DNA from: Eledone cirrhosa
Taxonomy: Eukaryota
Length of the DNA stretch: 64,000 nucleotides
NCBI GenBank assembly: GCA_964016885.1
Contig: OZ024744.1
Coordinates: forward strand, 3,100,001-3,164,000
Direction: 5' to 3'
Positions 41,001-54,500 of the stretch are shown piece after piece. Position numbers and translations under genes: made by a program. Position 1 is the first letter of the stretch; each line of letters opens with the position of its first letter. The notes beneath the pieces are model-generated. The model made no database searches, was not told where the DNA came from, and saw only the letters and a program-made list of their open reading frames with translations.

Positions 41001-41967
41001 AAAGATAGCTTGGTGAAGAACGAAGTTTTGGGGGAAGACAAGGTAGAGAACGATAGCTTGGTGAAGAACGAAGTTTTGAGGGAAGACAAGGTAGAGAAAG
41101 ATAGCTTGGTGACGAAGGAAGTTTTGAGGGAAGTCAAGGTAGAGACAGATAGCTTGGTGAAGAACGACGTTTTGAGGGAAGACAAGGTAGAGAAAGATAG
41201 CTTGGTGAAGAACGACGTTTTGGGGGAAGAAAAGGTAGAGAAGGATAGCTTGGTAAAGAACAAAGTTTTGGGGGAAAACAAGGTAGAGAAAGATAGCTTG
41301 GTGAAGAACGAAGTATTGAGGGAATACTAGGTAGAGATAGATAGCTTGGTGAAGAACGAAGTTTTGAGGGAAGACAAGGTAGAGAAAGATAGCTTGGTGA
41401 AGAACGAAGTTTTGAGGGAAGACAAGGTAGAGAAAGATAGCTTGGTGAAGAACGACGTTTTGGGGGAAGACAAGGTAGAAAAAGATAGCTTGGTGAAGAA
41501 CAACGTTTTGGGGGAAGACAAGGTAGAGAAAGATAGCTTGGTGAAGAACGACGTTTTGTGGGAAGACAAGGTAGAGAAAGATAGCTTGGTGAAGAACGAA
41601 GTTTTGGGGGAAGACAAGGTAGAGAAAGATAGCTTGGTGAAGAAGGAAGTTTTGGGGAAGACAATGTAGAGAAAGATAGCTTGGTGAAGAACGAAGTTTT
41701 GGGGGAAGACAAGGTAGAGAAAGATAGCTTGGTGAAGAACGAAGTTTTGAGGGAAGACAGGATAGAGAAAGATAGCTTGGTGAATAACGAAGGTTTGGGA
41801 GAAGACAAGGTAGAGAAAGATAGCTTGGTGAAGAACGAAATTTTGAGGGAAGACAAGGTAGAGAAAGATAGCTTGGTGAAGAACGACGTTTTGGTGGAAG
41901 ACAAGGTAGAGAAAGATAGCTTGGTGAGGAACGATATTTTGGGGAAGACAATGTAGAGAAAGATAGC
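32047..41967 (+). repeat. HOR zone C: 48-monomer (2299 bp) higher-order repeat, five copies, two of them truncated
   Basis: Near-identical 410-codon blocks start at 32047, 34346, 36264, 38563 and 40098. Zone markers are GTGACGAAGGAA, GAAGTCAAGGTAGAGACA and GAATACTAGGTAGAGATA. Spacings are 2299 (48x48-5), 1918, 2299 and 1535. Confidence 0.9.
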
Positions 41968-44900
41968 TTGGTGAAGAACGAAGTTTTGGGGGAAGACAAG
42001 GTAGAGAAAGATAGCTTGGTGAAGAACGAAGTTTTGGGGAAGACAATGTAGAGAAAGATAGCTTGGTGAAGAACGAAGTTTTGGGGGAAGACAAGGTAGA
42101 GAAAGATAGCTTGGTGAAGAACGAAGTTTTGGGGGAAGACAAGGTAGAGAAAGATAGCTTGGTGAAGAACGAAGATTTGAGGGAAGACAAGGTAGAGAAA
42201 GATAGCTTGGTGAATAACGAAGTTTTGGGAGAAGACAAGGTAGAGAAAGATAGTTGGTGAAGAACGAAGTGTTGAAGGAAGACAAGGCAGAGAAAGATAG
42301 CTTGGTGAAGAACGAAGTTTTGAGGGAAGACAAGGTAGAGAAAGATAGCTTGGTGAAGAACGACGTTTTGTGGGAAGACAAGGTAGAGAAACATAGCTTG
42401 GTGAAGAACGAAGTTTTGGGGGAAGACAAGGTAGAGAAAGATAGCTTGGTGAAGAACGAAGTTTTGGGGGAAGACAAGGTAGAGAAAGATAGCTTGGTGA
42501 AGAACGAAGTTTTGAGGGAAGACAAGGTAGAGAAAGATAGCTTGGTGAATAACGAAGTTTTGGGAGAAGACAAGGTGGAGAAAGATAGCTTGGTGAAGAA
42601 CGAAGTTTTGAGGGAAGACAAAGTAGAGAAAGATAGCTTGGTGAAGAACGACGTTTTGTGGGAAGACAAGGTAGAGAAAGATAGCTTGGAGAAGAACGAA
42701 GTTTTGGGGGAAGACAAGGTAGAGAAAGTTAGCTTGGTGAAGAACGAAGCTTTGAGGGAATACAAGGTAGAGAAAGATAGCTTGGTGAAGAACGAAGTTT
42801 TGAGGGAAGACAAGGTAGAGAAAGATAGCTTGGTGAAGAACGAAGTTTTGAGGGAAGACAAGGTAGAGAAAGATAGCTTGGTGAAGAACGAAGTTTTGGG
42901 GGAAGACAATGTAGAGAAAGATAGCTTGGTGAAGAACGAAGTTTTGGGGGAAGACAAGGTAGAGAACGATAGCTTGATGAAGAAAGAAGTGTTGGGGGAA
43001 GACAAGGTAGAGAAAGATAGCTTGGTGAAGAACGAAGATTTGAGGGAAGACAAGGTAGAGAAAGATAGCTTGGTGAAGAACGAAGTTTTGGGGGAAGACA
43101 AGGTAGAGAAAGATAGCTTGGTGAAGAACGAAGTTTTGGGGGAAGAAAAGGTAGAGAAATATAGCTTGGTGAAGAACGAAGTTTTGTGGGAAGACAAGGT
43201 AGAGAAAGATAGCTCGTTGAAGAACGACGTTTTGAGGGAAGACAAGGTAGAGAAAGATAGCTTGGTGAATAACGAAGTATTGGGGGAAGACAAGGTAGAG
43301 AGTGATAGCTTGGTGAAGAACGAAGTTTTGAGGGAAGACAAGGTAGAGAAAGATAGCTTGGTGAAGAACGAAGTTTTGGGGGAAGACAAGGTAGAGAAAG
43401 ATAGCTTGGTGAAGAACGAAGTTTTGGGGGAAGACAAGGTAGAGAACGATAGCTTGGTGAAGAACGAAGTTTTGAGGGAAGACAAGGTAGAGAAAGATAG
43501 CTTGGTGACGAACGAAGTTTTGAGGGAAGTCAAGGTAGAGACAGATAGCTTGGTGAAGAACGACATTTTGAGGGAAGACAAGGTAGAGAAAGATAGCTTG
43601 GTGAAGAACGACGTTTTGAGGGAAGACAAGGTAGAGAAAGATAGCTTGGTGAAGAACGAAGTTTTGAGGGAAGACAGGATAGAGAAAGATAGCTTGGTGA
43701 ATAACGAAGTTTTGGGAGAAGACAAGGTAGAGAAAGATAGCTTGGTGAAGAACGACGTTTTGAGGGAAGACAAGGTAGAGAAAGATAGCTTGGTGAAGAA
43801 CGAGGTTTTGGGGAAGACAATGTAGAGAAAGATAGCTTGGTGAAGAACGAAGTTTTGGGGGAAGACAAGGTAGAGAAAGATAGCTTGGTGAAGAACGAAG
43901 TTTTGAGGGAAGACAAGGTAGAGAAAGATAGCTTGGTGAATAACGAAGTTTTGGGAGAAGACAAGGTAGAGAAAGATAGTTGGTGAAGAACGAAGTTTTG
44001 AAGGAAGACAAGGCAGAGAAATATAGCTTGGTGAAGAACGAAGTTTTGAGGGAAGACAAGGTAGAGAAAGATAGCTTGGTGAAGAACGACGTTTTGTGGG
44101 AAGACAAGGTAGAGAAACATAGCTTGGTGAAGAACGAAGTTTTGGGGGAAGACAAGGTAGAGAAAGATAGCTTGGTGAAGAACGAAGTTTTGGGGGAAGA
44201 CAAGGTAGAGAAAGATAGCTTGGTGAAGAACGACGTTTTGTGGGAAGAAAAGGTAGAGAAAGATAGCTTGGTGAAGAACGAAGTTTTGGGGGAAGACAAG
44301 GTAGAGAAAGATAGCTTGGTGAAGAACGAAGTATTGAGGGAAGACAAGGTAGAGAAAGATAGCTTGGTGAAGAACGACGTTTTGTGGGAAGAAAAGGTAG
44401 AGAAAGATAGCTTGGTGAAGAACGAAGTTTTGGGGGAAGACAAGGTAGAGAAAGATAGCTTGGTGAAGAACGACGTTTTGAGGGAAGACAAGGTAGAGAA
44501 AGATAGCTTGGTGAAGAACGACGTTTTGTGGGAAGAAAAGGTAGAGAAAGATAGCTTGGTGAAGAACGAAGTTTTGGGGGAAGACAAGGTAGAGAAAGAT
44601 AGCTTGGTGAAGAACGAAGTATTGAGGGAAGACTAGGTAGAGAAAGATAGCTTGGTGAAGAACAAAGTATTGAGGGAAGACAAGGTAGAGAAAGATAGCT
44701 TGGTGAAGAACGAAGTTTTGAGGGAAGACAAGGTAGAGAAAGATAGCTTGGTGAAGAACGACGTTTTGGGGGAAGACAAGGTAGAGAAAGATAGCTTGGT
44801 GAAGAACGAAGTTTTGAGGGAAGACAAGGTAGAGAAAGATAGCTTGGTGAAGAACGAAGTTTTGAGGGAAGACAAGGTAGAGAAAGATAGTTGGTGAAGA

Positions 44901-47900
44901 ACGAAGTTTTGAGGGAAGACAAGGTAGAGAAAGATAGCTTGGTGAAGAACGAGGTTTTGAGGGGAAACAAGGTAGAGAAAGATAGCTTGGTGAAGAACGA
45001 AGTTTTGGGGGAAGACAAGGTAGAGAAAGATAGATTGGTGAAGAACGAAGCTTTGAGGGAATACAAGGTAGAGAAAGATAGCTTGGTGAAGAACGAAGTT
45101 TTGAGGGAAGACAAGGTAGAGAAAGATAGCTTGGTGAAGAACGAAGTTTTGGGGGAAGACAAGGTAGAGAAAGATAGCTTGGTGAAGAAGGAAGTTTTGA
45201 GGGAAGACAAGGTAGAGAAAGATAGCTTGGTGAAGAACGAAGTTTTGGGGGAAGACAATGTAGAGAAAGATAGCTTGGTGAAGAACGAAGTTTTGAGGGA
45301 CGACAAAGTAGAGAAAGATAGCTTGGTGAAGAACGAAGTTTTGGGGGAAGACAAGGTAGAGAACGATAGCTTGATGAAGAAAGAAGTTTTGGGGGAAGAC
45401 AAGGTAGAGAAAGATAGCTTGGTGAAGAACGAAGTTTTGAGGGAAGACAAGGTAGAGAAAGATAGCTTGGTGAAGAACGAAGTTTTGGGGGAAGACAAGG
45501 TAGAGAAAGATAGCTTGGTGAAGAACGAAGTTTTGGGGGAAGACAAGGTAGAGAAATATAGCTTGGTGAAGAACGAAGTTTTGTGGGAAGACAAGGTAGA
45601 GAAAGATAGCTTGTTGAAGAACGACGTTTTGAGGGAAGACAAGGTAGAGAAAGATAGCTTGGTGAAGAACGAAGTTTTGGGGGAAGACAAGGTAGAGAGT
45701 GATAGCTTGGTGAAGAACGAACTTTTGATGGAAGACAAGGTAGAGAAAGATAGCTTGGTGAAGAACGAAGTTTTGGGGGAAGACAAGGTAGAGAAAGATA
45801 GCTTGGTGAAGAACGAAGTTTTGGGGGAAGACAAGGTAGAGAACGATAGCTTGGTGAAGAACGAAGTTTTGAGGGAAGACAAGGTAGAGAAAGATAGCTT
45901 GGTGACGAACGAAGTTTTGAGGGAAGTCAAGGTAGAGACAGATAGCTTGGTGAAGAACGACATTTTGAGGGAAGACAAGGTAGAGAAAGATAGCTTGGTG
46001 AAGAACGACGTTTTGAGGGAAGACAAGGTAGAGAAAGATAGCTTGGTGAAGAACGAAGTTTTGAGGGAAGACAGGATAGAGAAAGATAGCTTGGTGAATA
46101 ACGAAGTTTTGGGAGAAGACAAGGTAGAGAAAGATAGCTTGGTGAAGAACGACGTTTTGAGGGAAGACAAGGTAGAGAAAGATAGCTTGGTGAAGAACGA
46201 AGTTTTGGGGAAGACAATGTAGAGAAAGATAGCTTGGTAAAGAACGAAGTTTTGGGGGAAGACAAGGTAGAGAAAGATAGCTTGGTGAAGAACGAAGTTT
46301 TGAGGGAAGACAAGGTAGAGAAAGATAGCTTGGTGAATAACGAAGTTTTGGGGGAAGACAAGGTAGAAAAAGATAGCTTGGTGAAGAACGAAGTTTTGGG
46401 GGAAGACAAGGTAGATAAAGATAGCTTGGTGAAGAACGAAGTTTTGGGGGAAGACAAGGTAGAGAAGGATAGCTTGTGAAGAACGAAGTTTTGAGGGAAG
46501 ACAAGGTAGAGAAAGATAGCTTGGTGAAGAACGAGGTTTTGGGGAAGACAATGTAGAGAAAGATAGCTTGGTGAAGAACGAAGTTTTGGGGGAAGACAAG
46601 GTAGAGAAAGATAGCTTGGTGAAGAACGACGTTTTGTCGGAAGACAAGGTAGAGAAACATAGCTTGGTGAAGAACGAAGTTTTGGGGGAAGACAAGGTAG
46701 AGAAAGATAGCTTGGTGAAGAACGAAGTTTTGAGGGAAGACAAGGTAGAGAAAGATAGCTTGGTGAAGAACGAAGTTTTGGGGGAAGACAAGGTAGAGAA
46801 AGATAGCTTGGTGAAGAACGAAGTTTTGGGGAAGACAATGTAGAGAAAGATAGCTTGGTGAAGAACGAAGTTTTGGGGGAAGACAAGGTAGAGAAAGATA
46901 GCTTGGTGAAGAACGAAGTTTTGGGGGAAGACAAGGTAGAGAAAGATAGCTTGGTGAAGAACGAAGATTTGAGGGAAGACAAGGTAGAGAAAGATAGCTT
47001 GGTGAATAACGAAGTTTTGGGAGAAGACAAGGTAGAGAAAGATAGTTGGTGAAGAACGAAGTGTTGAAGGAAGACAAGGCAGAGAAAGATAGCTTGGTGA
47101 AGAACGAAGTTTTGAGGGAAGACAAGGTAGAGAAAGATAGCTTGGTGAAGAACGACGTTTTGTGGGAAGACAAGGTAGAGAAACATAGCTTGGTGAAGAA
47201 CGAAGTTTTGGGGGAAGACAAGGTAGAGAAAGATAGCTTGGTGAAGAACGAAGTTTTGGGGGAAGACAAGGTAGAGAAAGATAGCTTGGTGAAGAACGAA
47301 GTTTTGAGGGAAGACAAGGTAGAGAAAGATAGCTTGGTGAATAACGAAGTTTTGGGAGAAGACAAGGTGGAGAAAGATAGCTTGGTGAAGAACGAAGTTT
47401 TGAGGGAAGACAAAGTAGAGAAAGATAGCTTGGTGAAGAACGACGTTTTGTGGGAAGACAAGGTAGAGAAAGATAGCTTGGTGAAGAACGAAGTTTTGGG
47501 GGAAGACAAGGTAGAGAAAGATAGCTTGGTGAAGAACGAAGCTTTGAGGGAATACAAGGTAGAGAAAGATAGCTTGGTGAAGAACGAAGTTTTGAGGGAA
47601 GACAAGGTAGAGAAAGATAGCTTGGTGAAGAACGAAGTTTTGAGGGAAGACAAGGTAGAGAAAGATAGCTTGGTGAAGAACGAAGTTTTGGGGGAAGACA
47701 ATGTAGAGAAAGATAGCTTGGTGAAGAACGAAGTTTTGGGGGAAGACAAGGTAGAGAACGATAGCTTGATGAAGAAAGAAGTGTTGGGGGAAGACAAGGT
47801 AGAGAAAGATAGCTTGGTGAAGAACGAAGTTTTGAGGGAAGACAAGGTAGAGAAAGATAGCTTGGTGAAGAACGAAGTTTTGGGGGAAGACAAGGTAGAG

Positions 47901-50900
47901 AAAGATAGCTTGGTGAAGAACGAAGTTTTGGGGGAAGAAAAGGTAGAGAAATATAGCTTGGTGAAGAACGAAGTTTTGTGGGAAGACAAGGTAGAGAAAG
48001 ATAGCTCGTTGAAGAACGACGTTTTGAGGGAAGACAAGGTAGAGAAAGATAGCTTGGTGAAGAACGAAGTATTGGGGGAAGACAAGGTAGAGAGTGATAG
48101 CTTGGTGAAGAACGAAGTTTTGAGGGAAGACAAGGTAGAGAAAGATAGCTTGGTGAAGAACGAAGTTTTGGGGGAAGACAAGGTAGAGAAAGATAGCTTG
48201 GTGAAGAACGAAGTTTTGGGGGAAGACAAGGTAGAGAACGATAGCTTGGTGAAGAACGAAGTTTTGAGGGAAGACAAGGTAGAGAAAGATAGCTTGGTGA
48301 CGAACGAAGTTTTGAGGGAAGTCAAGGTAGAGACAGATAGCTTGGTGAAGAACGACATTTTGAGGGAAGACAAGGTAGAGAAAGATAGCTTGGTGAAGAA
48401 CGACGTTTTGAGGGAAGACAAGGTAGAGAAAGATAGCTTGGTGAAGAACGAAGTTTTGAGGGAAGACAGGATAGAGAAAGATAGCTTGGTGAATAACGAA
48501 GTTTTGGGAGAAGACAAGGTAGAGAAAGATAGCTTGGTGAAGAACGACGTTTTGAGGGAAGACAAGGTAGAGAAAGATAGCTTGGTGAAGAACGAGGTTT
48601 TGGGGAAGACAATGTAGAGAAAGATAGCTTGGTGAAGAACGAAGTTTTGGGGGAAGACAAGGTAGAGAAAGATAGCTTGGTGAAGAACGAAGTTTTGAGG
48701 GAAGACAAGGTAGAGAAAGATAGCTTGGTGAATAACGAAGTTTTGGGAGAAGACAAGGTAGAGAAAGATAGTTGGTGAAGAACGAAGTTTTGAAGGAAGA
48801 CAAGGCAGAGAAATATAGCTTGGTGAAGAACGAAGTTTTGAGGGAAGACAAGGTAGAGAAAGATAGCTTGGTGAAGAACGACGTTTTGTGGGAAGACAAG
48901 GTAGAGAAACATAGCTTGGTGAAGAACGAAGTTTTGGGGGAAGACAAGGTAGAGAAAGATAGCTTGGTGAAGAACGAAGTTTTGGGGGAAGACAAGGTAG
49001 AGAAAGATAGCTTGGTGAAGAACGACGTTTTGTGGGAAGAAAAGGTAGAGAAAGATAGCTTGGTGAAGAACGAAGTTTTGGGGGAAGACAAGGTAGAGAA
49101 AGATAGCTTGGTGAAGAACGAAGTATTGAGGGAAGACAAGGTAGAGAAAGATAGCTTGGTGAAGAACGACGTTTTGTGGGAAGAAAAGGTAGAGAAAGAT
49201 AGCTTGGTGAAGAACGAAGTTTTGGGGGAAGACAAGGTAGAGAAAGATAGCTTGGTGAAGAACGACGTTTTGAGGGAAGACAAGGTAGAGAAAGATAGCT
49301 TGGTGAAGAACGACGTTTTGTGGGAAGAAAAGGTAGAGAAAGATAGCTTGGTGAAGAACGAAGTTTTGGGGGAAGACAAGGTAGAGAAAGATAGCTTGGT
49401 GAAGAACGAAGTATTGAGGGAAGACTAGGTAGAGAAAGATAGCTTGGTGAAGAACGAAGTATTGAGGGAAGACAAGGTAGAGAAAGATAGCTTGGTGAAG
49501 AACGAAGTTTTGAGGGAAGACAAGGTAGAGAAAGATAGCTTGGTGAAGAACGACGTTTTGGGGGAAGACAAGGTAGAGAAAGATAGCTTGGTGAAGAACG
49601 AAGTTTTGAGGGAAGACAAGGTAGAGAAAGATAGCTTGGTGAAGAACGAAGTTTTGAGGGAAGACAAGGTAGAGAAAGATAGTTGGTGAAGAACGAAGTT
49701 TTGAGGGAAGACAAGGTAGAGAAAGATAGCTTGGTGAAGAACGAGGTTTTGAGGGGAAACAAGGTAGAGAAAGATAGCTTGGTGAAGAACGAAGTTTTGG
49801 GGGAAGACAAGGTAGAGAAAGATAGCTTGGTGAAGAACGAAGCTTTGAGGGAATACAAGGTAGAGAAAGATAGCTTGGTGAAGAACGAAGTTTTGAGGGA
49901 AGACAAGGTAGAGAAAGATAGCTTGGTGAAGAACGAAGTTTTGGGGGAAGACAAGGTAGAGAAAGATAGCTTGGTGAAGAAGGAAGTTTTGAGGGAAGAC
50001 AAGGTAGAGAAAGATAGCTTGGTGAAGAACGAAGTTTTGGGGGAAGACAATGTAGAGAAAGATAGCTTGGTGAAGAACGAAGTTTTGAGGGACGACAAAG
50101 TAGAGAAAGATAGCTTGGTGAAGAACGAAGTTTTGGGGGAAGACAAGGTAGAGAACGATAGCTTGATGAAGAAAGAAGTTTTGGGGGAAGACAAGGTAGA
50201 GAAAGATAGCTTGGTGAAGAACGAAGTTTTGAGGGAAGACAAGGTAGAGAAAGATAGCTTGGTGAAGAACGAAGTTTTGGGGGAAGACAAGGTAGAGAAA
50301 GATAGCTTGGTGAAGAACGAAGTTTTGGGGGAAGACAAGGTAGAGAAATATAGCTTGGTGAAGAACGAAGTTTTGTGGGAAGACAAGGTAGAGAAAGATA
50401 GCTTGTTGAAGAACGACGTTTTGAGGGAAGACAAGGTAGAGAAAGATAGCTTGGTGAAGAACGAAGTTTTGGGGGAAGACAAGGTAGAGAGTGATAGCTT
50501 GGTGAAGAACGAACTTTTGATGGAAGACAAGGTAGAGAAAGATAGCTTGGTGAAGAACGAAGTTTTGGGGGAAGACAAGGTAGAGAAAGATAGCTTGGTG
50601 AAGAACGAAGTTTTGGGGGAAGACAAGGTAGAGAACGATAGCTTGGTGAAGAACGAAGTTTTGAGGGAAGACAAGGTAAAGAAAGATAGCTTGGTGACGA
50701 ACGAAGTTTTGAGGGAAGTCAAGGTAGAGACAGATAGCTTGGTGAAGAACGACATTTTGAGGGAAGACAAGGTAGAGAAAGATAGCTTGGTGAAGAACGA
50801 CGTTTTGAGGGAAGACAAGGTAGAGAAAGATAGCTTGGTGAAGAACGAAGTTTTGAGGGAAGACAGGATAGAGAAAGATAGCTTGGTGAATAACGAAGTT

Positions 50901-51551
50901 TTGCGAGAAGACAAGGTAGAGAAAGATAGCTTGGTGAAGAACGACGTTTTGAGGGAAGACAAGGTAGAGAAAGATAGCTTGGTGAAGAACGAAGTTTTGG
51001 GGAAGACAATGTAGAGAAAGATAGCTTGGTGAAGAACGAAGTTTTGGGGGAAGACAAGGTAGAGAAAGATAGCTTGGTGAAGAACGAAGTTTTGAGGGAA
51101 GACAAGGTAGAGAAAGATAGCTTGGTGAATAACGAAGTTTTGGGGGAAGACAAGGTAGAAAAAGATAGCTTGGTGAAGAACGAAGTTTTGGGGGAAGACA
51201 AGGTAGATAAAGATAGCTTGGTGAAGAACGAAGTTTTGGGGGAAGACAAGGTAGAGAAGGATAGCTTGTGAAGAACGAAGTTTTGAGGGAAGACAAGGTA
51301 GAGAAAGATAGCTTGGTGAAGAACGAGGTTTTGGGGAAGACAATGTAGAGAAAGATAGCTTGGTGAAGAACGAAGTTTTGGGGGAAGACAAGGTAGAGAA
51401 AGATAGCTTGGTGAAGAACGACGTTTTGTGGGAAGACAAGGTAGAGAAACATAGCTTGGTGAAGAACGAAGTTTTGGGGGAAGACAAGGTAGAGAAAGAT
51501 AGCTTGGTGAAGAACGAAGTTTTGAGGGAAGACAAGGTAGAGAAAGATAGC
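41968..51551 (+). repeat. Tandem duplication of a 100-monomer (4792 bp) unit
   Basis: Constant 4792 offset (100x48-8) for 42063/46855, 42254/47046, 43980/48772, 44633/49425, 44891/49683, 46234/51026 and 46568/51360. Rare variants such as AGCTCGTTG, GAGAGTGAT and GAACTTTTGATG are shared by both copies. Confidence 0.9.
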
Positions 51552-54500
51552 TTGGTGAAGAACGACGTTTTGAGGGAAGACAAGGTAGAGAAAGATAGCT
51601 TGGTGAAGAACGAAGTTTTGAGGGAAGACAGGATAGAGAAAGATAGCTTGGTGAATAACGAAGTTTTGGGAGAAGACAAGGTAGAGAAAGATAGCTTGGT
51701 GAAGAACGACGTTTTGAGGGAAGACAAGGTAGAGAAGGATAGCTTGTGAAGAACGAAGTTTTGAGGGAAGACAAGGTAGAGAAAGATAGCTTGGTGAAGA
51801 ACGAGGTTTTGGGGAAGACAATGTAGAGAAAGATAGCTTGGTGAAGAACGAAGTTTTGGGGGAAGACAAGGTAGAGAAAGATAGCTTGGTGAAGAACGAA
51901 GTTTTGAGGAAAGACAAGGTAGAGAAAGATAGCTTGGTGAATAACGAAGTTTTGGGAGAAGACAAGGTAGAGAAAGATAGTTGGTGAAGAACGAAGTTTT
52001 GAAGGAAGACAAGGCAGAGAAATATAGCTTGGTGAAGAACGAAGTTTTGAGGGAAGACAAGGTAGAGAAAGATAGCTTGGTGAAGAACGACGTTTTGTGG
52101 GAAGACAAGGTAGAGAAACATAGCTTGGTGAAGAACGAAGTTTTGGGGGAAGACAAGGTAGAGAAAGATAGCTTGGTGAAGAACGAAGTTTTGGGGGAAG
52201 ACAAGGTAGAGAAAGATAGCTTGGTGAAGAACGACGTTTTGTGGGAAGAAAAGGTAGAGAAAGATAGCTTGGTGAAGAACGAAGTTTTGGGGGAAGACAA
52301 GGTAGAGAAAGATAGCTTGGTGAAGAACGAAGTATTGAGGGAAGACAAGGTAGAGAAAGATAGCTTGGTGAAGAACGACGTTTTGTGGGAAGAAAAGGTA
52401 GAGAAAGATAGCTTGGTGAAGAACGAAGTTTTGGGGGAAGACAAGGTAGAGAAAGATAGCTTGGTGAAGAACGACGTTTTGAGGGAAGACAAGGTAGAGA
52501 AAGATAGCTTGGTGAAGAACGACGTTTTGTGGGAAGAAAAGGTAGAGAAAGATAGCTTGGTGAAGAACGAAGTTTTGGGGGAAGACAAGGTAGAGAAAGA
52601 TAGCTTGGTGAAGAACGAAGTATTGAGGGAAGACTAGGTAGAGAAAGATAGCTTGGTGAAGAACGACGTATTGAGGGAAGACAAGGTAGAGAAAGATAGC
52701 TTGGTGAAGAACGAAGTTTTGAGGGAAGACAAGGTAGAGAAAGATAGCTTGGTGAAGAACGACGTTTTGGGGGAAGACAAGGTAGAGAAAGATAGCTTGG
52801 TGAAGAACGAAGTTTTGAGGGAAGACAAGGTAGAGAAAGATAGCTTGGTGAAGAACGAAGTTTTGAGGGAAGACAAGGTAGAGAAAGATAGTTGGTGAAG
52901 AACGAAGTTTTGAGGGAAGACAAGGTAGAGAAAGATAGCTTGGTGAAGAACGACGTTTTGGGGGAAGACAAGGTAGAGAAAGATAGCTTGGTGAAGAACG
53001 AAGTTTTGAGGGAAGACAAGGTAGAGAAAGATAGCTTGGTGAAGAACGAAGTTTTGAGGGAAGACAAGGTAGAGAAAGATAGTTGGTGAAGAACGAAGTT
53101 TTGAGGGAAGACAAGGTAGAGAAAGATAGCTTGGTGAAGAACGAGGTTTTGAGGGGAAACAAGGTAGAGAAAGATAGCTTGGTGAAGAACGAAGTTTTGG
53201 GGGAAGACAAGGTAGAGAAAGATAGCTTGGTGAAGAACGAAGCTTTGAGGGAATACAAGGTAGAGAAAGATAGCTTGGTGAAGAACGAAGTTTTGAGGGA
53301 AGACAAGGTAGAGAAAGATAGCTTGGTGAAGAACGAAGTTTTGGGGGAAGACAAGGTAGAGAAAGATAGCTTGGTGAAGAAGGAAGTTTTGAGGGAAGAC
53401 AAGGTAGAGAAAGATAGCTTGGTGAAGAACGAAGTTTTGGGGGAAGACAATGTAGAGAAAGATAGCTTGGTGAAGAACGAAGTTTTGAGGGACGACAAAG
53501 TAGAGAAAGATAGCTTGGTGAAGAACGAAGTTTTGGGGGAAGACAAGGTAGAGAACGATAGCTTGATGAAGAAAGAAGTTTTGGGGGAAGACAAGGTAGA
53601 GAAAGATAGCTTGGTGAAGAACGAAGTTTTGAGGGAAGACAAGGTAGAGAAAGATAGCTTGGTGAAGAACGAAGTTTTGGGGGAAGACAAGGTAGAGAAA
53701 GATAGCTTGGTGAAGAACGAAGTTTTGGGGGAAGACAAGGTAGAGAAATATAGCTTGGTGAAGAACGAAGTTTTGTGGGAAGACAAGGTAGAGAAAGATA
53801 GCTTGTTGAAGAACGACGTTTTGAGGGAAGACAAGGTAGAGAAAGATAGCTTGGTGAAGAACGAAGTTTTGGGGGAAGACAAGGTAGAGAGTGATAGCTT
53901 GGTGAAGAACGAACTTTTGATGGAAGACAAGGTAGAGAAAGATAGCTTGGTGAAGAACGAAGTTTTGGGGGAAGACAAGGTAGAGAAAGATAGCTTGGTG
54001 AAGAACGAAGTTTTGGGGGAAGACAAGGTAGAGAACGATAGCTTGGTGAAGAACGAAGTTTTGAGGGAAGACAAGGTAAAGAAAGATAGCTTGGTGACGA
54101 ACGAAGTTTTGAGGGAAGTCAAGGTAGAGACAGATAGCTTGGTGAAGAACGACATTTTGAGGGAAGACAAGGTAGAGAAAGATAGCTTGGTGAAGAACGA
54201 CGTTTTGAGGGAAGACAAGGTAGAGAAAGATAGCTTGGTGAAGAACGAAGTTTTGAGGGAAGACAGGATAGAGAAAGATAGCTTGGTGAATAACGAAGTT
54301 TTGCGAGAAGACAAGGTAGAGAAAGATAGCTTGGTGAAGAACGACGTTTTGAGGGAAGACAAGGTAGAGAAAGATAGCTTGGTGAAGAACGAAGTTTTGG
54401 GGAAGACAATGTAGAGAAAGATAGCTTGGTGAAGAACGAAGTTTTGGGGGAAGACAAGGTAGAGAAAGATAGCTTGGTGAAGAACGAAGTTTTGAGGGAA

